From contig JAUCBJ010006820.1 in NCBI GenBank assembly GCA_032718475.1, forward strand, positions 1-64,000: a DNA stretch of 64,000 nucleotides, read 5' to 3'. The notes beneath the pieces were generated by a model, which was not told the DNA's origin, did not search any database, and was given only the letters and a program-made list of their open reading frames with translations. Positions 46,673 through 56,525 of this stretch are shown here, one piece after another. Origin of the DNA: Nemertoderma westbladi. Taxonomy: Eukaryota; Animalia; Xenacoelomorpha. Within the stretch, counting starts at the first letter, position 1; every line of letters begins with the position of its first letter. A program made the translations under genes and the position numbers.

Positions 46673-47969
46673 TTTTGCTTTGCTGTACTGCGTACAGTAA
46701 GGCAGATAGAGTATTCTTAGGCTATTAGCTTAGATTATTGTTACTTTAGATTACTGATACTTCGTATCAGTAATACGCGGCTTTTGCTTTGCTGTACTGC
46801 GTACAGTAAGGCAGATAGAGTATTCTTAGGCTGATAGTAGTATCATAGTATTAGGCAATAAGTTAGAGCACGTGATCGTCTGCTGTAGGCTATAGGCTAG
46901 CGTACAGTAAGACATTGAGTTTATTCTATTAGGTTGTTAGTTTAGATTACTGTATTCACTGGCTGCGTACAATAGTACAGTAGTACATTAGGCTGATTGT
47001 TGTTACTGCGTACGGTAGAAGGGACATTTGTTTGCCGTACCACACACACAGTATCATTAGGCTGTTAGGTTGGTGTACTGTTTTACTTACTGTACTGCAT
47101 ACAGTGGATGTACGGTAGTGCGTTTTACTAATTGCGAATACAGCAGTTCCTTAGGCCTTAGGGCAAACTGTAATTAGTAAGTTTTTTGAAAATTATTAGC
47201 TAGGTTTGCGAGAATTCAGTTTCGGTCAAAATTATTTTGTAAAATTCTAGAGTTTTGTACCGGTATGTTAGGTAACCGCTTAGTTATTTTATACCATCTG
47301 GAGATACATGGCAAGACGGAACTTCTGAGTTTGGGGTTCGTGTGGGTCTGCGGGTTCGGTTTGCAATCAGCGAAGGGCCTGAATCTTTGGACGCGGACGT
47401 GGAATCTCACAGCAAACAAGGTTAGTTGTTCTGTTGGCACCAGTGTGTTTGTGGAAGCAGTAAAAAATTATCGGTTGTTTATCTGCGAAGCTGAACTCAA
47501 TTTATTAGTTAGGATATTTAGGTTTAGCCGGCCATGGTTTTTTGAATCGCTCAAGTTAGAGAGAGAGTTAGAGAGAGTCGCAACCCGAAGATGTAGCCAC
47601 GCGCTAGTGGATACATATAATATTTGAAATTAAAATTACGTTAATTAGAGCTATATATATATAAAATTAGAAATATTCGGGTGGCAAGTATATTTTGAAT
47701 ATTTTGTATTAGATTCAGAGTTATTTTGTGCTATACCGGTATTTAATACTATATAGTAGCTATATAATAATATTTTTGTTTAAATATTGTGCTAGTATTT
47801 GCTATAACTATATACCCCATTAAATTCACAATATTGCATTGCGAATTTATTTTGACATTTTGGACCAACTGATTATTTGACAAATAATTTGACCGTATTT
47901 CGGTTAAATTATAATCATATCTCGAACTTTGCGAGATATTTTTGCCGGAAGGCAAATATTATTTAGACT

Positions 47970-49571
47970 ATGAGTGTCTCAGACAAAGAGGCACTAGAGG
48001 ACAGCTACGAGACGGCGGCTGGACCGCCGACTGACGATAGCGTCAATATTACTGTTGACGACAATGCCGACTATGACGACGCAGCGAGCGACGCTGACGT
48101 AAGTGAACAGGAGGACGAGACAGTGACTAGTGAGGAAGAACAACTACCTCAGGTAATAGTATTAGGATCCCCTACCGCTACTGTAAGGAAGGATTGTACA
48201 GCAACCCGGGCAGAGGTGAGTGATAGGGAGGATAGTGTAGCAGAAGCGAGAGCCCGGAGCCCGGTTTCCAGACCTGTGGGTATGGTAAGTGCCGTGGTCC
48301 CAACGGCTGTAAGGAGTACCCGTAGTTCCCGAAATAATCCTTCAAGTCCACCGAGCGTAAGTCAGGTGAGTGATAGAGAGTTCGATATCGCGATAAAGAA
48401 GAAACTTCGCGCGCATGCCGGACATATAACTCGGACGGCGGACAAGGTAAGAAAAATGTTGGCCGACTCAGCCAACATCGGGAGGGTAGAGTTAGCAGAA
48501 ATTAGAAGAGGATATAACTCAGCGTTATTCAAGCAGACAGAGGAGCTTGCAGTCCTAGCGAAGAAGGCAGTAGAGTCTCAGTCGAGCGACGTGGCGACGA
48601 GGATTTACGACAGGGTTTTAGCAGCCTTGTTGGAGCACCGCGAGTTATCGGAGCGATTCCGACGAGTTAGGACAGAGAACTGGCTGCTATGGGCATCACA
48701 AGCGCAGGCGACTCAGGTGAGTGACGCAGAGTTAAGAGACTTAGTGGAGCGAGAAGAGACGCAGGATAAAGAGGAGCGCCGTTATCAGAGGGAAGGTACT
48801 AGCTGGCTGATGCAGAATGGAGTGGTGGTACCAGGCCAGGTGCTACCGACGACGGAGAACATTCAACAGAGGACGTTAACTTCACCCGACGATGCATCTA
48901 GAGACAGCGGCGATTCCCAGGTTAGTCACGCGCGAGGTAAGGTAATATGTGCTAGATCCCTTGTTTCTCACAACTCGGCGGAGGAGAGAAGACGCCGACT
49001 AGACGAACAGCAGGCGGAAGTTTTGCGTGCACAGGAAGCACGGAAGGAAGCCGAGCGGGAACGGGAGTGCACACGTAAGTTGGACGCAGAGTTACGAGAG
49101 TTGGAAGAGATAAGTAAGCGCGAGCGAGCGGAACGCGAGCAAAGGGAACGCGAACTCCAAGCCGAGCGCGAGCGCGAGGAACTCGAACGCGAACAGAGAG
49201 AACGCGAACTCCAACTTGAATGCGAGCGGGAAGCGAAGAAACGCGAACTCCAACTCGAACGCGAACAGGAAGCGAAGAAACGCGAACTCCAAGCCGAACG
49301 CGAGCGCAAGAAACTCGATCGTGAACAGAAGGAGCGCGAGCTTCAACTCGAACGCGGACGCAAGGAACGCGAACTCGAGATCGAGAAAAGAAGACGTGCA
49401 TTGTATGAAGAAAGGTCGCGAGTGGAAGAAGAGGGCGCAGCGAGACGAGCGAGGGAAGAAGAAGAACGTAAACTGGCGCAGTTGGAAAGTGCGAGATTAA
49501 GTTTAGAGAGCGAAGAATGGACTAGGAAGGCGAACGAAATCGCCGAGAAGGGGATGCGAATGATCGAATAA
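47970..49571 (+). CDS. N-terminal coiled-coil part of element B Gag, ending at an in-frame TAA
   Basis: Acidic N-terminus and E/R-rich 11-aa repeats. Same frame as the downstream ORF (offset 1626 nt), separated only by TAA at 49569-49571. Confidence 0.8.
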   Translation: MSVSDKEALEDSYETAAGPPTDDSVNITVDDNADYDDAASDADVSEQEDETVTSEEEQLPQVIVLGSPTATVRKDCTATRAEVSDREDSVAEARARSPVSRPVGMVSAVVPTAVRSTRSSRNNPSSPPSVSQVSDREFDIAIKKKLRAHAGHITRTADKVRKMLADSANIGRVELAEIRRGYNSALFKQTEELAVLAKKAVESQSSDVATRIYDRVLAALLEHRELSERFRRVRTENWLLWASQAQATQVSDAELRDLVEREETQDKEERRYQREGTSWLMQNGVVVPGQVLPTTENIQQRTLTSPDDASRDSGDSQVSHARGKVICARSLVSHNSAEERRRRLDEQQAEVLRAQEARKEAERERECTRKLDAELRELEEISKRERAEREQRERELQAEREREELEREQRERELQLECEREAKKRELQLEREQEAKKRELQAERERKKLDREQKERELQLERGRKERELEIEKRRRALYEERSRVEEEGAARRAREEEERKLAQLESARLSLESEEWTRKANEIAEKGMRMIE

Positions 49572-49595
49572 TGTGGGGCGAGTGTAGGGACTGAG

Positions 49596-52500
49596 TTGCG
49601 AGAACTGTTCGCACTGCAGAAGGCCGAACAGGAAGCGAGAACTCCGGCTATACGCGAGTCGACGACGACCAGAATTCCTATACCCGGTCCAGCTATTACG
49701 AGTACACGGATCGTTAAACCGCTCTCTACATATCGCACGCCAGTTGGTATTAGTGCTTCACCTATCGCCCAGGATCTACGTCATCGGAACACCGCACCAC
49801 TGTATACCGAACGTGACAACGGAGAATTTAGAGAAGAAACTCCGACGGGCCGAGTATTTGGCGAACCGAACCCGAGGGTTTGGAATACGCGGACGGAGCG
49901 CCGACCCAGTTCGACGGAGAACTTCCGGGTTAAACCGGAAGAGGGATCATATGAGAGACAGCGGATTACTCAGATAGAGCCGACTATACAACAGAACCCT
50001 AGCCAGGAATTTATTACGAGGGATGAGTTAAGTGCTAGTTTAGCGCAAGCTATATCGCCGCACATCCAACCTATAACGGACATGCTTAGCAACCTTCGGT
50101 TAAAGGAAGCAGCCCAGGTAAGAAGTAATTCTAATCCTAGCAGGCCTGAGTTAGATAAAGTCCAGCCTAGTCAACGAGTACGCATATCGGAGGAGACTAT
50201 ACCACATAGACCTCAGGTAAGGACGCCTGTCCCGAATATCCATAATCCCAATTTCGAAAATTCGGCAGAAAGATTTATTGAGGAAGCTTGGGTCAGGGCC
50301 TCGGCGCGCAAATCATCGCGAGCGCTAAGGACTGACACCGAGTCAAGCGATGAAGAGGAAGAAATGAGACGTCAAAAGTCCCGAAACTATAAGGAAAGAA
50401 GGACGGACGCGGAGCAGGTAAGTTGGAACCACCGGGAAAGGACCAGACTTAACAACCCTGCGGAACTAAACCATTTGTTAACCCGGAACGACGCAACCCT
50501 CAGGGACATAGGTAAGTTTGCTGCTAGGCAAGGACTGCCGACGCAACAACCCCAGAAGTTTATGGGCAACCACAAGCACTGGAGGACTTTTAAAACCTAT
50601 GTCGACGAGCAGCTAACCAACAGCACCTTTACTCCCAACGAGAAGTTCAACTATTTGCTTCAGATGCTCCATCGAGAACCTAGAGCCATTGCTGATAACT
50701 TCGTCGGCAATGAAAGAGCATTTGAGTTAGCGATGTTGGGCATCTGTTGGGACACCTGTTGGGCATGTCTTGCGCCAGGCCATGTACGGCGGCAGTGCCC
50801 GAACAGCAAGGACGGATGCATGGAATGCGGCAGACTACATCACAAGTTGCTACATGCGGATTTCCATACCCCAACGGACCGTTACTTACAACGAAATCCT
50901 CAAAGGAAGGGGAGCAAAGAACCCGTATCGATAAGGAGGAATACGTATACTGGCATCCAGGACGATGGTTACCAACCAGGTTCGTCGGACGAGGATGGCG
51001 TGTCGAGCGCAAGAGAAGTGACCTGCCAAGGTTTCACCGCGGATAGTTCATCGACCAGCGCGCGGACGTATTTATCATCGGCCACGTCGGAAATATTTAG
51101 CGTGATTCCGGTGAAACTCACTGGCGATAAGGGATCAAAGCGAATATATGTGATGTTGGACACTGCGTCCACATTATCTTACATCGACGAGGAAGTGGCG
51201 AGAGCTGTTTCTAGCTTCCAGGACGCCGAGGAGATCCAAATAGAGTTGAAGTCTATGCACGGAGTAGGAGACCTCAAGGGACACAGAATTTCGGTAGAAC
51301 TTGATTCCCTACTTCCGAGAGACCAGCATACTCGACAAGAACGGAAAGCTTTGCCATTGGACGGATTTAAGTGTCTAGCTATGAAGGGATTCGGCAGGCA
51401 GTTAGGTAAGGTGCCGCCGATGAGTCCCATAGCACAGGAGTATTTTGACAAGCTCAGGATACCCAGACACCAGGTAGGTTATAGGAATGTTTCTATGTTA
51501 ATTGGTGCAGAACAGCTGATCGCACACCAAATATGGGAAACGAGACCAGCTGAGCCGCATGTCAATGGACCACATGCCCATAGGACCATATTAGGTTGGT
51601 ATACACGAGTACCCATGTCTTATGAGTTTACAGGTGGCGACAAGCCAATGAACAGATACGACGAATTACAGCCTATAACTCAACCACCGTTAGTAGAACC
51701 ACCAGACATAGACGAGTTTAGGAGAACCTGTATTGACCACTATAGTGACTTTAGCGAGTCGGACGAGGAGTTGATTCCCGATAATGTTAGGTTGTCGGAA
51801 CCACTTCACAACGACCGGACAGATAGTGAACCCGAGGACTACTGTTATCAGACCCGTGGGTCTGGTTCAGCGGCCCACGCTACTTATCTGACTAACGTTT
51901 TGACTTATACAGACATAGTGGAGGGTCAAGCGGCTAAATATCGAGACCTAGACATTTTCCAATATAGTGAGGAGGAATTACAGAAGGAATTGATACGCCA
52001 GGACCTCGAGACAGGAGCCAGAACCGTAAAATGGCTGGATAGGGACGCAATGGAACCCGGTGGATATGACCTAGCCATGTCTACTGATGAGAAACGGTCG
52101 CTGGAGATGATGGAAGATACCATACGTCTACTACCGACTGGACATTTTGAAGTTGGAATGTTGTGGCGTCGACAACCACCTAAGTTGGAGAACAACTATA
52201 ACTTAGCCTTGAAAAGATTAAACGGAGTAAGGGCTCGGTTGTTGAAGAATCCGGACATTAGGGAGAAGTATTGCGCCCAGATCAACAACTATTTCGCCAA
52301 GGGATTTGCTGGGAAGGTAGAGGACCCTGACTTAGTGACAGACCAGACTTATTACCTTCCACACCACTATGTGACTCTCCCTGACAAGCCAGACAAAGTC
52401 CGAGTAGTCAACGACTGCGCAGCAGTCTATAGAGGTATGTCCCTGAATTCAGAGTTGATGGATGGTCCCAACCTGAATAACTATTTGATTGGAATACTGT

Positions 52501-55500
52501 TGCGTTTTAGACAGCGGCGATTCGCATTTACTTGTGACATCGAGGCGATGTTCCACCAGGTAAGAGCCTGTAAGTCAGACCAGGATAGCCTTCGATTTCT
52601 CTGGTATGAGAATGAAGACTTATCCGGCCCAGTGGTTACATACCAAATGTACGTTAGGATATTTGGCGCCCGCGATAGTCCGAATGGCACGCTGTTCGTT
52701 TTAAAGAAAACGGCAACAGCCCAGATTGGTAAGTATCCAGTAGAAGTAATCGAGTCCATCTTGAGAAACTTCTATATGGACGACGGATTGGTGTCCAAGG
52801 ACACGGCGGAACAAGCCATTGAAGTGGCTCACGGCCTGCAAGAGTGCTTGGCTACAGGGGGATTTCCTCTGACCAAGTTCACTACTAATTCGGAGGCCCT
52901 ATTAGAATCGTTCCCGGTAAAAGATCGCGGGAGCGGAGACATAGAATTGGGGGTAGAACCAATCCCCATGGCGCGAGTACTGGGACTCGCTTGGAATCCG
53001 AACTCAGATAAGTTCCAGGTAAGAGTTAGATTTGAGCCCAGTAGCCCAGACAAAGTTTTGACAAAGAGGATTTGCTTATCGACGTTAAGTAGACTATTTG
53101 ACCCGATGAACTTTATCAGTCCGGTTATATTACAGGCACGAGCGTGCATGAGGAAAATTTGGTTGTCCGACTTAGAGTGGGACGAACCAATATCTCCTAT
53201 ACATGCAAAGCAGTGGAGAGAGTGGGAAGCCGAGTTACATCTATTGAAAAACATAGATGTACCCCGTTCCTACTTTCCGAATCAGCTGGTATTCCCAGCT
53301 GATTTAGAGCTCCACCTATTTAGTGACGCAAGTGATACCGGCTTTGGTATGGTAGCCTACCTTCACCGAGAGGTAAGTCAGGACAAGTTTGAGACGGCTT
53401 TTGTGACTTCTAGATCAAAGACAATGCCGGTCAAATACATGACTGTCCCTCGTGCAGAGTTACAGGCGGCTGTAGTTTCGGTCGAGGTAAGTAAGCAAAT
53501 AACTGAGGAGTTGGACACGACATTGACCTTATTCTATTGGACGGACGCATCCTTGGTGTTAGTATACATTGCGGCCGACAATATTGCACTAAAGACATTT
53601 GTGGCCAATAGACGCGCTCAGATCGTTGATTTTTCAACGAAGGAACAATGGAGACATTGTCCGGGAGTGTTGAACCCGGCCGACATAACTTCGAGAGGTG
53701 CAATGCCGGCGGAATTCTGTCGGGAAGAGTCGCAGGAGTTTTGGTTGCATGGACCTGATTTTCTAACAAGGACACAGGAACATTGGCCAGAGCGACTAAA
53801 GATAGTGACCAATCCGATGCCTGAAGATGCAGAAGTAAAAGTGGAAAAAGTCTCTAAGTCGAAGTCTAAAGCCAAACTTAAGTCATTGGAGCGGCCTGAA
53901 GAGTCATCGGAGCGGCCTGAAGAGTCATTGGAGCGGCCTGAAGAGTCATTGGAGCGGCCCGGAGACCTGTCAGACCAACAGACTTACGTGACTACTAGGT
54001 CAGGAAGGGTAAGTTACGACGTAAAACCACCCTTACAGACTAGACGACAGTCACAGTTGGTAAGTGACGGACAGAAAATGACCGACATAATGGATCCTTT
54101 GGTTTCCAAACCTGTGGGTTTGGATTCGAAACTTCCATTGGTTAGCGGACAACCGTCGCTGGCATTAGAGTCATGCAGTGTTTATGACAAATTACTAAAT
54201 TCGTCTGCCTCTTGGCTGACAATTTGTAAAAGAACTGCGTGGTTAAGCCGATACATTTTGTACCTTCGTTTAAAACATTCGAAACATTTGAGAGAACCAT
54301 TGAGCACAAATAGTGAGCGAATTCGGAAATTGAAACAACCTCTGACAGAGGATGAGATTGATCAAGCGGAATTAAAGCATTTGAGACATTATCAAATGTG
54401 TGCCTTCCCTAAAGAATTCCATCTATTATCGGCTCAACGACCAGTTCTCTATAAACCCCTTAGAAAATGGAGTCCATTAATCCATAAGGGTTTAATTTGT
54501 CATAGATCGAGAATCCAGACTGTCGACATAAACTCACAGTTTCGGTTCCCAGTGATAATCCCTAGTTACCCAATAGAATTGCAAAGAGCGATTCTATGGG
54601 ATATACACAAGAGGTTGCATCATGCGGGAAAGTTACACTGTCTGTCGGCAGCGAGACAGCGATTCATTCTATTGCAGCCAAGCAGGGCAGTCGGCACCAT
54701 GTACGACGCCTGTCTGGTTTGCAAGAGGGTGAACGCCAGAGTATTGGAACAGGAGATGGCTGAACTCCCGGAAGCGAGAGTGCAGGCATATGACCCACCC
54801 TTTACGAACACAGGGGTGGATTGTTTTGGTCCGATTGAGGCAAAGAGTGGACGGCTGACCCACAAGCGATGGGGTCTGCTACTGACATGTATGGCTAGTA
54901 GAGCCATACACATCGAGCGTGTGGCAGACATGTCGACCAAATCTCTGCTCCTGGCCTTGAAGAGATTTATGGCCAGGAGAGGACTAGTAAAGGCGTTCTA
55001 CTCTGATAAGGGTACAAACTTTGTCGGAGGGAATAGCGAGTTGAACGCGGCTCATAAAGCAGCACAGAATAAGGAAATTTCTGCAGCACTTTTGCCGCAA
55101 CGAGTAGAATGGAGATTCAATACTCCAGAAAGTCCTTGGAGAGGAGGAAGTTGGGAGCGTTTGGTTCGCTCTGTGAAGCAGGCCATTGCCAAAACATTGC
55201 CTGTGAACAAACAACTTACCGATGACGAACTGGTTACAGCTTTCATTGAAATCGAGCATACCCTAAACTCGAGGCCGATAGCTATGTTGCCAGACGGTGT
55301 TGCATTGACGCCGAATCATTTGCTAATGCAGAGTCCAGCATTTCTTGTGCCGGCATCAGAACCCGTTAGTGCCGACCTATATAGTCGTAAGAGCTGGAAG
55401 GTGACACAATTTGTGGCGTACACATTCTGGGAATATTGGCGGGAATACTATCTTCCCACCATATCCACCAGAACAAAGTGGTACAAAACGGTTCGGAGTC

Positions 55501-55769
55501 TCCAAAGGGGAGATTACGTGTTGATAACCGAGCCGATTATCAAGAGAAAGTATTGGGAGACAGGAGTTATCTTGCACACACACCCAGACGTGCAAAACAT
55601 AGTGCGCACAGTCACTGTGAAAATTAGGTGCAAGTGTCCGCACCCAAAAAAGTGTAAAACTAATGGTTTACACACCTTGGACCGACCGGTCCAAGATATT
55701 GTGTTATTAGAGGAGACACGTATCGAGACGGGAGATTATAATTTGTCTCCTGCCTCAAAACAGAGTTAG
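49596..55769 (+). CDS. Gag-PR-RT-RH-IN polyprotein of element B (continuation after the stop; gag internally shortened)
   Basis: KFMGNHKHW; CWACLAPGHVRRQC and CMECGRLHHKLLH knuckles; MLDTAS; DIEAMFHQV and YMDD; HLFSDAS and VPRAEL; HKRLHH..CLVC, GVDCFGP, SDKGTNF and WERLVRSVK. Confidence 0.95.
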   Translation: MRELFALQKAEQEARTPAIRESTTTRIPIPGPAITSTRIVKPLSTYRTPVGISASPIAQDLRHRNTAPLYTERDNGEFREETPTGRVFGEPNPRVWNTRTERRPSSTENFRVKPEEGSYERQRITQIEPTIQQNPSQEFITRDELSASLAQAISPHIQPITDMLSNLRLKEAAQVRSNSNPSRPELDKVQPSQRVRISEETIPHRPQVRTPVPNIHNPNFENSAERFIEEAWVRASARKSSRALRTDTESSDEEEEMRRQKSRNYKERRTDAEQVSWNHRERTRLNNPAELNHLLTRNDATLRDIGKFAARQGLPTQQPQKFMGNHKHWRTFKTYVDEQLTNSTFTPNEKFNYLLQMLHREPRAIADNFVGNERAFELAMLGICWDTCWACLAPGHVRRQCPNSKDGCMECGRLHHKLLHADFHTPTDRYLQRNPQRKGSKEPVSIRRNTYTGIQDDGYQPGSSDEDGVSSAREVTCQGFTADSSSTSARTYLSSATSEIFSVIPVKLTGDKGSKRIYVMLDTASTLSYIDEEVARAVSSFQDAEEIQIELKSMHGVGDLKGHRISVELDSLLPRDQHTRQERKALPLDGFKCLAMKGFGRQLGKVPPMSPIAQEYFDKLRIPRHQVGYRNVSMLIGAEQLIAHQIWETRPAEPHVNGPHAHRTILGWYTRVPMSYEFTGGDKPMNRYDELQPITQPPLVEPPDIDEFRRTCIDHYSDFSESDEELIPDNVRLSEPLHNDRTDSEPEDYCYQTRGSGSAAHATYLTNVLTYTDIVEGQAAKYRDLDIFQYSEEELQKELIRQDLETGARTVKWLDRDAMEPGGYDLAMSTDEKRSLEMMEDTIRLLPTGHFEVGMLWRRQPPKLENNYNLALKRLNGVRARLLKNPDIREKYCAQINNYFAKGFAGKVEDPDLVTDQTYYLPHHYVTLPDKPDKVRVVNDCAAVYRGMSLNSELMDGPNLNNYLIGILLRFRQRRFAFTCDIEAMFHQVRACKSDQDSLRFLWYENEDLSGPVVTYQMYVRIFGARDSPNGTLFVLKKTATAQIGKYPVEVIESILRNFYMDDGLVSKDTAEQAIEVAHGLQECLATGGFPLTKFTTNSEALLESFPVKDRGSGDIELGVEPIPMARVLGLAWNPNSDKFQVRVRFEPSSPDKVLTKRICLSTLSRLFDPMNFISPVILQARACMRKIWLSDLEWDEPISPIHAKQWREWEAELHLLKNIDVPRSYFPNQLVFPADLELHLFSDASDTGFGMVAYLHREVSQDKFETAFVTSRSKTMPVKYMTVPRAELQAAVVSVEVSKQITEELDTTLTLFYWTDASLVLVYIAADNIALKTFVANRRAQIVDFSTKEQWRHCPGVLNPADITSRGAMPAEFCREESQEFWLHGPDFLTRTQEHWPERLKIVTNPMPEDAEVKVEKVSKSKSKAKLKSLERPEESSERPEESLERPEESLERPGDLSDQQTYVTTRSGRVSYDVKPPLQTRRQSQLVSDGQKMTDIMDPLVSKPVGLDSKLPLVSGQPSLALESCSVYDKLLNSSASWLTICKRTAWLSRYILYLRLKHSKHLREPLSTNSERIRKLKQPLTEDEIDQAELKHLRHYQMCAFPKEFHLLSAQRPVLYKPLRKWSPLIHKGLICHRSRIQTVDINSQFRFPVIIPSYPIELQRAILWDIHKRLHHAGKLHCLSAARQRFILLQPSRAVGTMYDACLVCKRVNARVLEQEMAELPEARVQAYDPPFTNTGVDCFGPIEAKSGRLTHKRWGLLLTCMASRAIHIERVADMSTKSLLLALKRFMARRGLVKAFYSDKGTNFVGGNSELNAAHKAAQNKEISAALLPQRVEWRFNTPESPWRGGSWERLVRSVKQAIAKTLPVNKQLTDDELVTAFIEIEHTLNSRPIAMLPDGVALTPNHLLMQSPAFLVPASEPVSADLYSRKSWKVTQFVAYTFWEYWREYYLPTISTRTKWYKTVRSLQRGDYVLITEPIIKRKYWETGVILHTHPDVQNIVRTVTVKIRCKCPHPKKCKTNGLHTLDRPVQDIVLLEETRIETGDYNLSPASKQS

Positions 55770-56525
55770 TGTTGGACGCAACTCACTTCGTATGCATTCC
55801 TCGTATGCAAATACAAGGAAATGCATAGGAGCGGGGTTGTGGTGATTTGCGTTGAGTTTTGTCTGGTGGGTATCAAAACAAAATTTTATTTTCAAAATTT
55901 TGGAAAAATTAAAAAATTTTAAAATTAGAAGTGAACCCAAGACAATTCCAGACGCTGTGTATAGACGCGTTTTAGAATTCGTCTATAGAAAACAGTAATT
56001 TGAAAAGTCGTGAAGCCTGGAAAATAGCATTTAGAAACCATGGTGACGGCTATATTACGTAGGAGTGTAAATTGAGTTTAGCAACTTCCACAGATTGGTG
56101 CCAATAGTGCAACTAAGGTGCTAAAGGTTAGTAGCACCAGAGGCGTGCACGGACCCCACTCAGTAGTTTGCAGGATGTGTGATGTTCGATTATCAAACCT
56201 GTGGGTTTGGTATAGTCGAGTATTGTGGCTATGGTCCTTTCTAACTACTGTAGTTTAGTACGAGTAATGGGAGTAGTTTGGGCATCAAAAAGTGAGTTGG
56301 TCACGGCCAGTTTATCTCCGAAGTTTTTGCGCTATGCATGGGAATAGGTTAGAGGATAGTTAGTTAGGAAGAGACGGGATCTAGAGAGTCGAACCTGAAC
56401 TGCTGGAAGGCGGGGGGGTTCGGGAGGTCTGTCTTTCGGCGACATCTAACTGATTTACCCACAGTGTAGTTGGTTACGTAACGGCACTTATTGGGATATA
56501 TATATATGTATATACGCGTAACATA

